A stretch of 64,000 nt of DNA, taken from the NCBI RefSeq assembly GCF_963921235.1, contig NC_086097.1, positions 1,984,001 to 2,048,000 of the forward strand. Direction: 5' to 3'. Made by a program: the position numbers and the translations under genes. The notes under the pieces are model-generated. The model saw nothing but the letters and a program-made list of their open reading frames with translations. It was not told the origin of the DNA and ran no database searches. Shown piece after piece: positions 50,612 through 62,559 of this stretch. Each line of letters begins with the position of its first letter. Positions within the stretch are counted from its first letter, which is position 1. The DNA is from Mobula hypostoma. Lineage: Eukaryota.

Positions 50612-52074
50612 CATAGTCATAGTCATACTTTATTGATCCCGGGGGAAATTGCTTTTCATTACAGTTGCTCCATAAATAATAACTAGTAATAGAACCATAA
50701 ATAGTTAAATAGTAATATGTAAATTATGCCAGTAAATTATGAAATAAGTCCAGGACCAGCCTATTGGCTCAGGGTGTCTGACCCTCCAAGGGAGGAGTTG
50801 TAAAGTTTGATGGCCATAGGCAGGAATGACTTCCTATGACGCTCAGTGCTGCATCTCGGTGGAATGAGTCTCTGGCTGAATGTACTCCTGTGCCCAGCCA
50901 GTACATTATGTAGTGGATGGGAGACATTGTCCAAGATGGCATGCAACTTAGACAGCATCCTCTTTTCAGACACCACCGTCAGAGAGTCCAGTTCCATCCC
51001 CACAATATCACTGACCTTACGAATGAGTTTGTTGATTCTGTTGGTGTCTGCTACCCTCAGCCTGCTGCCCCAGCACACAACAGCAAACATGATAGCACTG
51101 GCCACCACCGACTCGTAGAACATCCTCAGCATCGTCCGGCAGATGTTAAAGGACCTCAGTCTCCTCAGGAAATAGAGACGGCTCTGACCCTTCTTGTAGA
51201 CAGCCTCAGTGTTCTTTGACCAGTCCAGTTTATTGTCAATTCGTATCCCCAGGTACTTGTAATCCTCCACCATGTCCACACTGACCCCCTGGATGGAAAC
51301 AGGGGTCACCGGTGCCTTAGCCCTCCTCAGGCCTACCACCAGCTCCTTAGTCTTTTTCACATTAAGCTGCAGATAATTCTGCTCACACCATGTGACAAAG
51401 TTTCCTACCGTAGCCCTGTACTCAGCCTCATCTCCCTTGCTGATGCATCCAACTATGGCAGAGTCATCCGAAAACTTCTGAAGATGACAAGCCTCTGTGC
51501 AGTAGTTGAAGTCCGAGGTGTAAATGGTGAAGAGAAAGGGAGACAAGACAGTCCCTGTGGAGCCCCAGTGCTACTGATCACTCTGTCGGACACACGGTGT
51601 TGCAAGCACACATACTGTGGTCTGCCAGTCAGGTAATCAAGAATCCATGACACCAGGGAAGTATCCACCTGCATCGCTGTCAGCTTCTCCCCCAGCAGAG
51701 CAGGGCGGATGGTTTTGAACGCACTGGAGAAGTCAAAAAACATGACCCTCACGGTGCTCGCTGGCTTGTCCAGGTAAGCGTAGACACGGTTCAGCAGGTA
51801 GATGATGGCATCCTCAACTCCTAGTCGGGACTGGTAGGCGAAATGGAGGGGATCTAAGTGTGGCCTGACCATAGGCCAGAGCAGCTCCAGAACAAGTCTC
51901 TCCAGGGTCTTCATGATGTGGGAGGTCAATGCCACTGGTCTGTAGTCATTGAGGCCGCTGGGACGCGGCGTCTTCGGCACAGGGACGAGGCAGGACGTCT
52001 TCCACAGTACAGGAACCCTCCGGAGCCTCAGGCTCAGGTTGAATACATGGCGAAGTACTCCACATAGCTGAGGG
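50612..52074 (-). mobile_element. Young 5'-truncated Rex1/Babar LINE (RT) inserted in Nimb-B
   Basis: YRPVALTSHIMKTLER, FFDFSSAF, TGAPQG, QKFSDDSAIVG, LNVKKTKELVV, one frameshift, (GACTAT)n tail. Confidence 0.92.
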
Positions 52075-52911
52075 TTCTTATATTGAACCAAATGCTGCAT
52101 ATTATGGGTTCTTTTAACTAGCCTGAATGCTCTATTTCTGTTTTTTTACAGCCTGACAACACTCCTCTGTCCACCATGGTACCAGTTTTCTATTCATCCT
52201 AATTTTTATTTTTACTTCTGGATATAGATCCTTCTGCTGCCATAATGATTGCTGAAGTCACCTGACTGTTTAATTCATCTATATTTCCAGAAATGTCAAT
52301 CTTTGTCAATGCCTCTTCACTCGACTTCTGGAACTTACCCCAATCTGCGTTTCCAAACACCCACTTTGGGATTCCACCACCTGATCTTATTTCAATTATT
52401 TCACTCACTGAACATAAAACTGGGTGGTGATCACTGCCTATGCTGAAGCAGTCCAAACTCCCCAGTTACTAACACCAGCCAACGTATTAGACACTAACGT
52501 AATATCTAATATTGACTCAGTTCCTGTTGTTATGTTTATCCTTGTTCCTCTACCATCATTCATACACACCAAATCCCTTTCTTCCATCAAATTTTCAATT
52601 ACCTTTTCACTTGAATCTGCAATCTGATCTCCCCATATTGTGCTGTGAGCATTGAAATCTGCACACCACACTACTTTATGTCTGTTTTGTCCTTGTATCC
52701 TTAATAGGCTGTCCAAATCCAACCTTTTACATGGGATGTAGTAGTTAATTATAACCACTCCCTCGCCTCTCTCCCACACTTCCACAACTATGTATTCCTG
52801 ATCATCTCCTTTTTCCAGTACCCTATATGGTTTCTCTTGCTTGATTAACATAGAACAACCCTCTCCACCCCCTAGATTTCTATCTTTCCCTATAATTGTC
52901 TACCCATGTAC

Positions 52912-53268
52912 CAGGTAATCACTGGCTGTCAGACTGCACACCTACACACATTGATTCTGAAAATGGACAGATGATCACTCGCTGTCGGACTGCACACCTT
53001 CACGCTGATTCCAAGAAATGGACAGGTGATCACTCACTGACAGACTGCACACCTTCACACATTGATTCTGAAAACAGACAGGTGATCACTCACTGACAGA
53101 CTGCACACCTTCACACATTGATTCTGAAAACAGACAGGTGCTCACTCGCTCTCAGACTTAACACCTTCTTCACACAGTGATTCTGAATTGGACAGGTGAT
53201 CACTCGCTGTCAGACTACACACCCTCAGACACTGATTCTGAAAACGGACAGGTGTTCACTGTACACCT
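52912..53268. repeat. ~55-bp tandem repeat, right part (~6.5 units)
   Basis: Unit CAGGTGATCACTCACTGACAGACTGCACACCTTCACACATTGATTCTGAAAACAGA. Confidence 0.92.
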
Positions 53269-53989
53269 TTAGACACGGTTTCCGATGTAGGCAGTAGCAC
53301 AGTTTGAATACTGTTTCAGCTTCTTCAGTTTCTCCTCCAGCAAGGAATTCGCAAAAGGTTGTACCTGAGCAAATTTGGGGCTACACTGAAACAATGGTGC
53401 CCCAGTCCAAGTGCGGATAACAAACTGATGTGTGCCTGATTTAAGTGCCAAACGAGTTAAGGCATCGAGGCAGAGGCCATAGGACGTAGCCATGTTCAGC
53501 TGAATATTCTGTCCGGGTTTACGCATCTCTGTGCTGAACTGTCTCCGGGGCTGTGGTCTGCAGTCATCGGGCTCCTGGACTGGTGTCACTTGCCTCTGTG
53601 CTGAAATGTCTCCGGGGCTGTGAACTCACTCTCAGGGTGTCTGCAGTTCACGTTCTGTGTGGTATTTGTTTACTTGTTTATTGTTTGGATAATTTGTTCT
53701 TTTCTCACACATTGGGGGTTTGACGGTTTGTTCTGTGTGGGGCAGGGTTTTTCAGGGATTCTATTGCGTTTCTTTGTTTAGTGGCTGCCTGCAAGAAGAC
53801 AAACCTCAAGGATGTGTATAGTCTGCGTAGTTTGATAATAAATGTACTTTGAACTTTGAACTTGTTACTTTGGGACTGGAAGTGATTGGTCAGGTTTGAA
53901 GGGGCGGATACTCCTGATCCTCAAACTTATATATCCACATCAGTCTGCAGAGGCTGGAATCCAAAGCATCACATCATCAGGATTGAGTG

Positions 53990-54215
53990 ACACACACAAC
54001 ATGCAGGAGGAACTCAGCAGGTCAGGCAGCATCAATGGAATTTCATAAACTGTTGGCGTTTCAGGCCGAGACCCTTCAGCAGGATTGAAAAGGAAAGGTG
54101 GAAGGTGACAGAATAAGAGGGTGGGTGAGGGGAATGAGGACAGGTTAGTAGATAGGTGAAGGCCAGGTGGGTGAGGAGGGGGATGATGTGAGAAGCTGGA
54201 GGTGAGAAGTGGAAA
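53990..54215 (-). mobile_element. Penelope-derived terminal repeat with decayed hammerhead (a further fragment at ~54878-54990)
   Basis: Minus strand ATCCTGCTGAAGGGTCTCGGCCTGAAACGCCAAC. Confidence 0.65.
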
Positions 54216-55491
54216 AGTTCAGACATATAACAGGTAGCCGGCATTGAAACCTGCCGGCAAGAACCCGTCAACGTGTCCTCATTTTCCCTCCTTTCATTTA
54301 ATTGTTGCAACTTTATGTTCTTTGCACTGCCACATAGTAAACTGGACTCTGATTCTTTTCACTTCCATTTGAATTCACATTTTAGTGAATGACGGGTCTT
54401 TAAAATGATGAGAGGTTTTGTTTGAGAGGGTATGTTTGTGCTTGAGTAAACTGAAAATAGGGCCCATTAATTTATGACAGTCATCTAAAAAAAATGAGGT
54501 GGTAATATAATTTTCTTTTGCCTGGAGTGCTGTTAATGTGGAAATTGCAAACTAAAGTTAATTTAGATGTATTGACCAAGAGTCAGTGAGAGAGAAAAGG
54601 TTTTGCTGATAGATTTTATTGAGAATAGATAAAGGATGAAGACCGAATGGCCAACTCCAGGCTGTAAATTCTACATGAGAGTCACAGGAAAGCACAACAC
54701 AGGGGCAAGTCCCTCAGCCCATCTAGTTCCTGCTGAGCCATTTACTCCCATCGACCACAGCCCTCCATACCCCTACCATCCACATATTTATCCAGACTTC
54801 TCTTAAACATCAGAATCAAAATCACACGCACTATGACCCCCTGAGTGAAAGAATTGTTTTGTCAGAATGCACAAAAGTAACACGAGAAAGTCTGCAGATG
54901 CTGGAAATCCAGAGCAACACACACAAAATGTTGGAGGAGACCAGCAGATCAAGCAGCATCATGTTTGGCCGAGACCCTTCACCAGGACTTACCGATTAAT
55001 TAACTGATTGATGGAGCTATGGGAAGAAACTGCAGTCTGCCCTACATGTGACCCCAGGGGCGCAGATAATGTACTTACTTCCTAGCAAAGGTAACCAGAA
55101 AACTAATAACTTTGACCTTGTCAATGATACTTGTGTTTTTCTGATTAATGTAAAAGATGAAAATAGTTCTTATTTACATCCCAGAGTGGAGTTAATTTAG
55201 CCACAAACAGCTCTTGTATCCAATGTATTAATTAACTGTTTGATAAATCTCATAAAATAAATCAGTTAGAAGACATTCAATTATCACAGTAGAAGAAATT
55301 ATTCAGGACAGAGCCCAAACCAGCAGGGTGAAGTTCCTTCTCTCTGATCTCAGTGTCTGCATCTTGTGTCAGGCCAGTCCAGAGCTACCTGGTAACCCGA
55401 TTACGACGAAAGGTGTTTGTTGTTCACTATGCAATAGGCTGTGAAGGGCAGAATTCTGCACCAGCTCACAGCATTTATCACAATACGTTAT

Positions 55492-56480
55492 AACCATATA
55501 ACAATTACAGCACGGAAACAGGCCATCTCAGCCCTTCTAGTCCGTGCCGAACGCTTACTCTCATCTAGTCCCACCGACCTGCACTCAGCCCATAACCCTC
55601 CATTCCTTTCCCGTCCATATAGCTGTCCAACTTAACTTTAAATGACAACATCGAACCTGCCTCAACCACTTCTGCTGGAAGCTCGTTCCACACAGCTAGC
55701 ACTCTCTGAGTAAAGAAGTTCCCCCTCATGTTACAGCTAAACTTTTGCCCTTTAACTCTCAACTCATGTCCTCTTGTTTGAATCTCCCCCACTCTCTGTG
55801 GAAAAAGCCTATCCACATCAACTCTATCTATCCCCCTCATAATTTTAAATACCTCTATCAAGTCCCCCCTCAACCTTCTATAAAGACCCAACTTGTTCAA
55901 CCTTTCGCTGTAACTTAGGAGATGAAACCCAGGCAACATTTTAGTAAACCTCCTCTGTACTCTCTCAATTTTATTGACATCTTTCCTATAATTCAGTGAC
56001 CAGAACTGTACACAATACTCCAAATTTGTCCTTACCAATGCCTTATACAATTTCAACATTACATCCCAACTCCTATACTCAATGCTCTGATTTATAAAAG
56101 CCAGCATAACAAAAGCTTTCTTCACCACCCTATCCACATGAGATTCCACCTTCAGGGAACTATGCACCATTATTCCTAGATCCCTCTGTTCTACTGCATT
56201 CTTCAATGCCCTACCATTTACCATGTATGTCCTATTTTGATTCATCCTACCAAAATGTAGCACCTCACGTTTATCAGCATTAAGCTCCATCTGCCATCTT
56301 TCAGCCCGCTCTTCAAACTGGCCTAAATCTCAATGCAAGCTTTGAAAACCTACTTCATTATCCACAACGCCACCTATCTTAGTATCATTTGCATACTTAC
56401 TCATCCGATTTACCACCCCATCATCCAGATCATTAATGTGTATGACAAACAACATTGGACCCAGTACAGATCCCTGAGGC
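55492..56480 (-). mobile_element. 5'-truncated CR1 family B
   Basis: 241-aa ORF LEYCVQFWS..FFTQRVLAVWNELP..GYGLSAGRWD and AACCATATA tail. Confidence 0.92.
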
Positions 56481-57724
56481 ATGCTATGATCATAGCTTTT
56501 GAATTCTAGTCCACTGAGGACCAGGTAATGCTATTTTCTGGTATGTGGTGTTGCTTGCTCCACTGGAATCGTTAAGCTGTCTGAAAGAAGACTGTGCTGA
56601 GATTGGTAATGAGTTTTGTTTGATCAGTAAAGGGTTGACGAGCTGATAAGACACAGATCTGTGTGGAACTTGCCTGGGTGACTGCTGCTCATACACACCC
56701 AGGAATAGACTGGATGTGGAGAGGACACCTCCATCGGTAGGGAGTCTAGGACCAAATGGCAGAGCCTCAGGACAAAGCAAACTTGGGGATGGACTGAAGC
56801 AGTGGTGCCCAGGCCCAAGAATGGATAATGAACTGATGTTTGGCAGATTTAAGGATTATTCAGCTAGAATCTGGTGAATCTGTGGAATTCATTGCCATAA
56901 GCATCTGTGGAAGCCACATTATTGGGTTATTTAAGGCAGGGAAGGATGGGTTCTTGATTGGTTTGGGAGTGAAGGGTTATTGGGAATGGGAACACGTACA
57001 GGAGAATGGGGTTAAGAGGATTAAAAAATCAGCCATGATGGAAAGGCAAAGCAGACTCAATAGACCAAATGGCCTAGTTCTGCTCCTAAATCTTATGGTC
57101 TTCTAGTCTAAAATCAGCACTGTCCAGGACAAAGCAGTAACTAAAGTGTGTACCATCCATAAGATTTACTGGAGAAATTTGCCAAGATTTCAACTTGAAG
57201 ATCAAGAGGACTCACTGGAGTCATCACCACCATCATCATCGGGTGCCCTGTTGTGTGATGTGGCTGGTGATGGTCTTTGACTACGGCTGTTCATGGCAAT
57301 TTTTTCTGCAGAAGTGGTTTGCCATTGTCTTTACATGACATGTGACCATCAGCCATTATCAATACTCTTCAGAGATTGTCTTCCTGGCATCAGTGGCCCA
57401 ATAACAAGAACTTAACATGTGCACCAGCTGCTCATACGACCATTCACCACCTGCTCCTAGGGCTTCATGTGACCCTTATTGGGGGATAAGTAGCTTCTAC
57501 ACCTCGCTCAAGGGTGACCTGCAGGCTAGCCACGAGAAGGAGCACATTACACCTCCTTTGGTAGAGGCGTATCTCCACCCCACCATCTAATACTCATGCC
57601 TGCATGATAAACCAATATGTCCAACACACACCAGTATGCCCAGGATACACTAATATGTCAAAGACATACCAATATACTCAGTAGGCTCATGATACAATAC
57701 TCTGTCTATGATACACCAACATAC

Positions 57725-58048
57725 ACAACTCTATATAATACACTGATACACACCACTCCGTATAATACACTGATACACACCACTCCGTATAATACGCCGA
57801 CACACACCACTCCGTATAATACGCCGACACACACCACTCCGTATAATACGCCGATACACACCACTCCGTATAATACGCCGACACACACCACTCCGTATAA
57901 TACGCCGACACACACCATTCTGTATAATACGCCGACACACACCACTCTGTATAATACGCCGATACACACACCACTCTGTATAATACGCCGACACACACCA
58001 CTCCGTATAATACGCCGACACACACCACTCCGTATAATACGCCGATAT
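57725..58048. repeat. 27-bp minisatellite, ~12 copies
   Basis: Unit GTATAATACGCCGACACACACCACTCC. Confidence 0.96.
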
Positions 58049-58666
58049 ACGGCGGTCAGAGACGGACAGGGCCAGGTCATTGGTCGGTGACGGACAGGGC
58101 CAGGACGGCGGTCAGAGACGGACAGGGCCAGGTCATTGGTCGGTGACGGACAGGGCCAGGACGGCGGTCAGTGACGGACAGGGCCAGGACGGCGGTCGGT
58201 GACGGACAGGGCCAGGACGGCGGTCGGTGACGGACAGGGCCAGGACGGTGGTCGGTGATGGACAGGGCCAGGTCATTGGTCGGTGACGGACAGGGCCAGG
58301 ACGGTGGTCGGTGATGGACAGGGCCAGGACGGCGGTCAGTGACGGACAGGGCCAGGTCATTGGTCGGTGACGGACAGGGCCAGGACGGTGGTCGGTGACG
58401 GACAGGGCCAGGTCATTGGTCGGTGACAGACAGGGCCAGGTCATTGGTCGGTGACGGACAGGGCCAGGACGGTGGTCGGTGACAGACAGGGCCAGGAAGG
58501 TGGTCGGTGACGGACAGGGCCAAGACGGCGGTCGGTGACGGACAGGACCAGGTCATTGATCGGTGACAGACAGGGCCAGGATGGTGGTCGGTGACGGGCA
58601 GGGCCAGGATGGCGGTCGGTGACGCACAGGGCCAGGACGGTGGTCAGTGACAGACAGAGCCAGGAC
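58049..58666. repeat. 28-bp GC-rich minisatellite, ~22 copies with two main variants
   Basis: GACGGACAGGGCCAGG(ACGGC/ACGGT/TCATT)GGTCGGT. Confidence 0.96.
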
Positions 58667-58849
58667 TCTCATCTTGCTGTGCTCTAGTGGGTCAGTCTCC
58701 AACTCGGGTACATTTTTAAAACTATTTCATAGCCAGTGATATGTTTTGTAACTTCAAAGCATTAAGCTAATTCAAAGGACAATATGGGAGTCCAGGATTG
58801 TGGATCTAACTTCAAGTTTACTTTAATTGATACATGTATCAGTTTTTGG

Positions 58850-59503
58850 GAGGGAGGAGAAGATGGCGGCGCGACACAGAGCGCGCGGCTGTTCTGAATG
58901 AATATCGATTATGTGTAACTAGGGGGTTGTACACAATCCGGATTTGATGGAGACAGCCATGAGAAGCGCAGAGGAAAACACCTGGAGAAACTTCTGAAAT
59001 GCCTGTTTCACTGCCGCTGCTACTGTGCGATCGAGACTGTCCGAAGACGAAGGCCCCGAATCCTCGGCTTTGCCTATCACCTGTTGCCGGGGTCGGGGTC
59101 GAAACGCTCGGCAGAGATGGTGCTCGGTGCTCGGTGTCGGAGAGCTGGTCGGAGGCTCGGAGTTTTCGAACGGACTCGGAGTCGGACTCTGGTCAGATGC
59201 TTCCGGGATGCTGCACCAGCAAGTTTACGGCGCTGGAGGTTCACCGTCTGTGTGAGATGATGGGACTTTCGAGAGACTTTGAGATTTTTACCGTGCCATG
59301 GTCTGTTCTTTATCAAATTACGGTATTGTTTTGCGCTGTTGTAACTATACATTATAATTATGAGTTTTTTGTTAGTTTTTAAGTCGGTTTGTCATGTTTT
59401 CTCGTGATATCATTCTGGAAAAAGATTTTTATCATTTCTTAATGCATGCATTACTAAATGACAATAAAAGGGGACTGCGTTGTCCTCATAATCATAATCA
59501 TAA
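58850..59503 (+). mobile_element. Non-autonomous ~650-bp retroposon (copy 2)
   Basis: 5' AAGATGGCGGCGCGAC, AATAAA and (ATCATA)n tail. Homologous to 32470-33137. Confidence 0.75.
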
Positions 59504-59690
59504 AAAAATACAGGTTTTCTATGTTTCTATTAATTACCAGATGAATAAAGCTGATATTGGTGCGGTTCTCAAAAATCACCTGTCTTCAGCAGAACAAGTG
59601 CACAATTTTGAGAAAACCCTGATGACACTGGAAATTTTTGTGTTACCCTAACATTCACAGAATTTGTATCAGATTTGGAGCAGATTGAGG

Positions 59691-60560
59691 TGTTACGTAC
59701 CCTGTAATGGGTTTAAAGAACCAGCGGAAATGGAAAACACCTGGAGTCTGGTATTGCTGTTATATGAGCCACTTTATTAGTGACTACGCAATATAGTAAT
59801 ATAAAAATCAGATAAATCAAACAGGTTAGCAAAGTTCATGCATATATACGTGTGGGAATATAAAAGCCAAGCTTCTTCAAGCTTAGGAGGTAATGGATAT
59901 AGTCTTATGATGATGGTAAATGAAGTCCATTCAGTTCGTGTTATTGAGTTGAGTAATGATGGAGAGAGAGAGGTGTTGTGGTTGTCTGAGTAAGCTGATG
60001 CCATTGATCTTCCATTGTCCCCCGAAATCTTTTAAAGTCAACGAATGTGACCACAAGAAGGAGACCGTCTTCTGTGGTAAAGTTATCCACCCATGCGAGG
60101 GTTGGACACCCTGATAACTTTCCGCCGGTCACCCCTTTACACACTGCGAGAGCCACTGATCGATTCTCCCGCTCGATCCTCCAAAAACCCACCCTTCTGT
60201 GGGCACACAAAGCTCATCCAGTGTTCCAAACCATGTGTGTCTGTGTGTCTGTCTAACAACCAGCTGACCTTGTATTTATCCAGACATGCTGAACACCAGC
60301 TGTCTATCAAATAACACCACCCTCGGTCACCATGATGACTCACGAGCTGCTCGTTCTCTCTCTGTAAGAACTCACAAGCAGACAGCGTCCTTGAATATTC
60401 AAAACAAGCTTTAGAGTTCATATATACACCATCTCAAGGCAGGCTTCGTCCCTCTCTCTCTCTCTCTAACAGCTCAAACAGTGTCCAAAAGTCAGTCTCA
60501 TTCTCCCGACGTTTTAAAGTGACAGTCCAAAGAAAATATGAACCCCAGGTGTACATACCA
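59691..60560 (-). mobile_element. Solo LTR (~870 bp, Gypsy-like)
   Basis: TGTTACGTAC...GTACATACCA imperfect inverted termini, 4-bp TSD GAGG/AAGG, minus-strand AATAAA at ~59773. Confidence 0.65.
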
Positions 60561-60979
60561 AAGGAAGTGTATTATACTTAGACATTGTCTTAACAAGTTG
60601 ATGTATCTGGGAAAAAAATCTTCATATTTCATGGTTACTGAATGGAGCAAAACTGTTTGTGGAATAAATGCATTGGTGTCACATTAATTAGAATTCACAA
60701 ATGTTTTAGGATGAAGGCGTGAGAGAAAGACTCTGATGGAAATCAAGGAATAAACTTAACACAAAAGATGCCGCAGTTGCCGGAAGTCCAGAGTAACACG
60801 CACAAAATGCTGCAGGATCCAAACAGCTCAGGCAGCCTCTATGGAGAGAAATAAACAGTCAGCATTTTGCTCTGAGGCCCTTGTTGAAGGACATGGTTTG
60901 ATGATTGCCTCTGGTCTGAAACATAAACTGTTTATTCCTCTCCATAGATGCTGCCTTACCCACTGGGTTCAGATTTTAG

Positions 60980-61150
60980 TTTTATCTATTTATTTGGAGA
61001 CAGCGCAGAACAGGCCCTTCTGGTCCAACGAGCCACCGACCAGCAACCCACCAATTTCACCCCAGCCCAATCACAGGACAATTTACAATGACCTACTAAC
61101 TGGTATGTCTTCGGACCGCGGGAGCAAACCAGAGCACCTGGAGAAACCCC
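60980..61150 (-). mobile_element. V-SINE 3' fragment
   Basis: ACAGGACAATTTACAATGACC..AAACCAGAGCACCTGGAG matches 14740-14820. Confidence 0.65.
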
Positions 61151-61557
61151 CTGGCTTGCATATCACATAGACAGTTGGGACACAACAACCGTGGTCAACA
61201 CTGACCGACAGAGGGCCTCAAGTTCATGTATGGTTGAATGACAATTAACCTTGAACCTACTGATTTACAAGTCAGTTTGTAAGTAACAATTGTTACCCGC
61301 AACCTCTGGCCTTTCTCTTTTGAGATGGCAGAGGCCGGAGCTCCACAGGGTGTATGTGAAGAGTTCCTGGACTGTATCCTGCAGCAGGAATACCACTTCA
61401 GCCACGTTCCAGTAGTGCTGGAGTATCCAAAAAATTCAGCTAGTGGCTGGGGGTGGGGGCACGGGGGGGGCGGTCAATCACTTGGAGCACCTTATTTTAG
61501 TGAAAGGCCTTGGATTCTTCTGAAGAGCTAACATCATATCAGTGGTCTTGCAGGACG

Positions 61558-61848
61558 ATAAGACCATCAGACATAGGAGCAGAATTGGGCCATTTGGCCC
61601 ATCGAGGCTGCTCTGTCATTGCATCATGGCTGATTTATTGTCCCTCTCAACCCCATTCTCTTGCCTTCTCCCCATAACCTTTGACACCCTGACTTATCAC
61701 AACCTACCAATCTCTGCTTTACATATACCCAATGACTTGGCATCCACAGCTATCTGTGGCAATGAATTCCACAGATTCATCACCCCATGTCTAAAGAAAT
61801 TCCTCTTCATCTCTGTAATAAATGGATATCCCTCTATTCTGATACCTT
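61558..61848 (-). mobile_element. CR1 3' end fragment
   Basis: AGACCATCAGACATAGGAGCAGAATT tail region like 539-800. Confidence 0.75.
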
Positions 61849-61974
61849 GATGCAAGGATTATCTCCAGAGACACTTCTCTGTCTAAAAGCAACTGGGTTA
61901 TTTTAGATTTTTATTCAACCAACAGTGTGAATCTGAAATTTTCTTCAGGCAACTGAAGTCTCATAGAGTTTCAT

Positions 61975-62500
61975 AGAAAGCATTCTGACAGGCTGCATCA
62001 CTGTCTGGTATGGAGGGGCTACTGCACAGGACAGAAAGAAGCTGCAGTAGGTTGTAAATCTAGTCAGCTCCATCTTGGGTACTAGCCTACAAAGTACCCA
62101 GAACATCTTCAGGGAGTGGTGTCTCAGAAAGGCAGCATCCATTATTAAGGACCTCCCCAGCATCTAGGGCATGCCATTTTCTCATTGTTATCAACAGGAA
62201 GGAGATACAGAAGCCTGAAGGCACACACTCAGCGATTCAGGAACAGCTTCTTCCCCTCTACCAGCTGATTCCTAGATGGACATCGAATCTTTGGACACTA
62301 CCTCACTTTTTTTAATATACAGTATTTCTGTTTTTTGCATGTTTTAAAAAATCTATTCAATATGTATATACTGTAATTTATTTATTTATTTATTATTATA
62401 TATTTTTTTCTCTGCTAGATTATGTATTGCATTGAACTGCTGCTGCTAAGTTAACAAATTTCACATCACATGCTGGTGATAATAAACCTGATTCTGATTC
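61975..62500 (+). mobile_element. Rex1/Babar 3' fragment
   Basis: ESILTGCITVWYG..GRRYRSLKAHTQRFRNSFFPS, AATAAA and (CTGATT)n tail. Confidence 0.82.
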
Positions 62501-62559
62501 CGAGTTAGATGGGTTATCTTGGAGGTTTCTGAGCATTTCAAGAACAGTCACCTATAAAT

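Larger units (their letters stand above)
47637..52895 (-). mobile_element. Nimb/I-clade LINE (copy B, different family): partial APE, RT, RNase H, 3'UTR; split by Rex1
   Basis: ADFNAHSTIWG, LDITLVS, GSDHHP, YRPIALTS, FFDIEKACD, NGTPQGSVISPLLF, FADDGALW. RNase H motifs YTDGAK..EMLAV..CSDS..WVPAHVGVKGNERVDELAK. 3' motif GGTGGCAGTAATGCACC..TGCCAACC shared with copy A. Confidence 0.9.

Noticed and set aside
57617..58444. Mucin-like TTPYNTPTH ORF and antisense ORFs
   Set aside because: The 27-bp unit is open in several frames on both strands, with no signal peptide or splice support.
57725..58666. CRISPR-like array
   Set aside because: Units are directly tandem with no unique spacers, there are no cas genes, and the context is eukaryotic.
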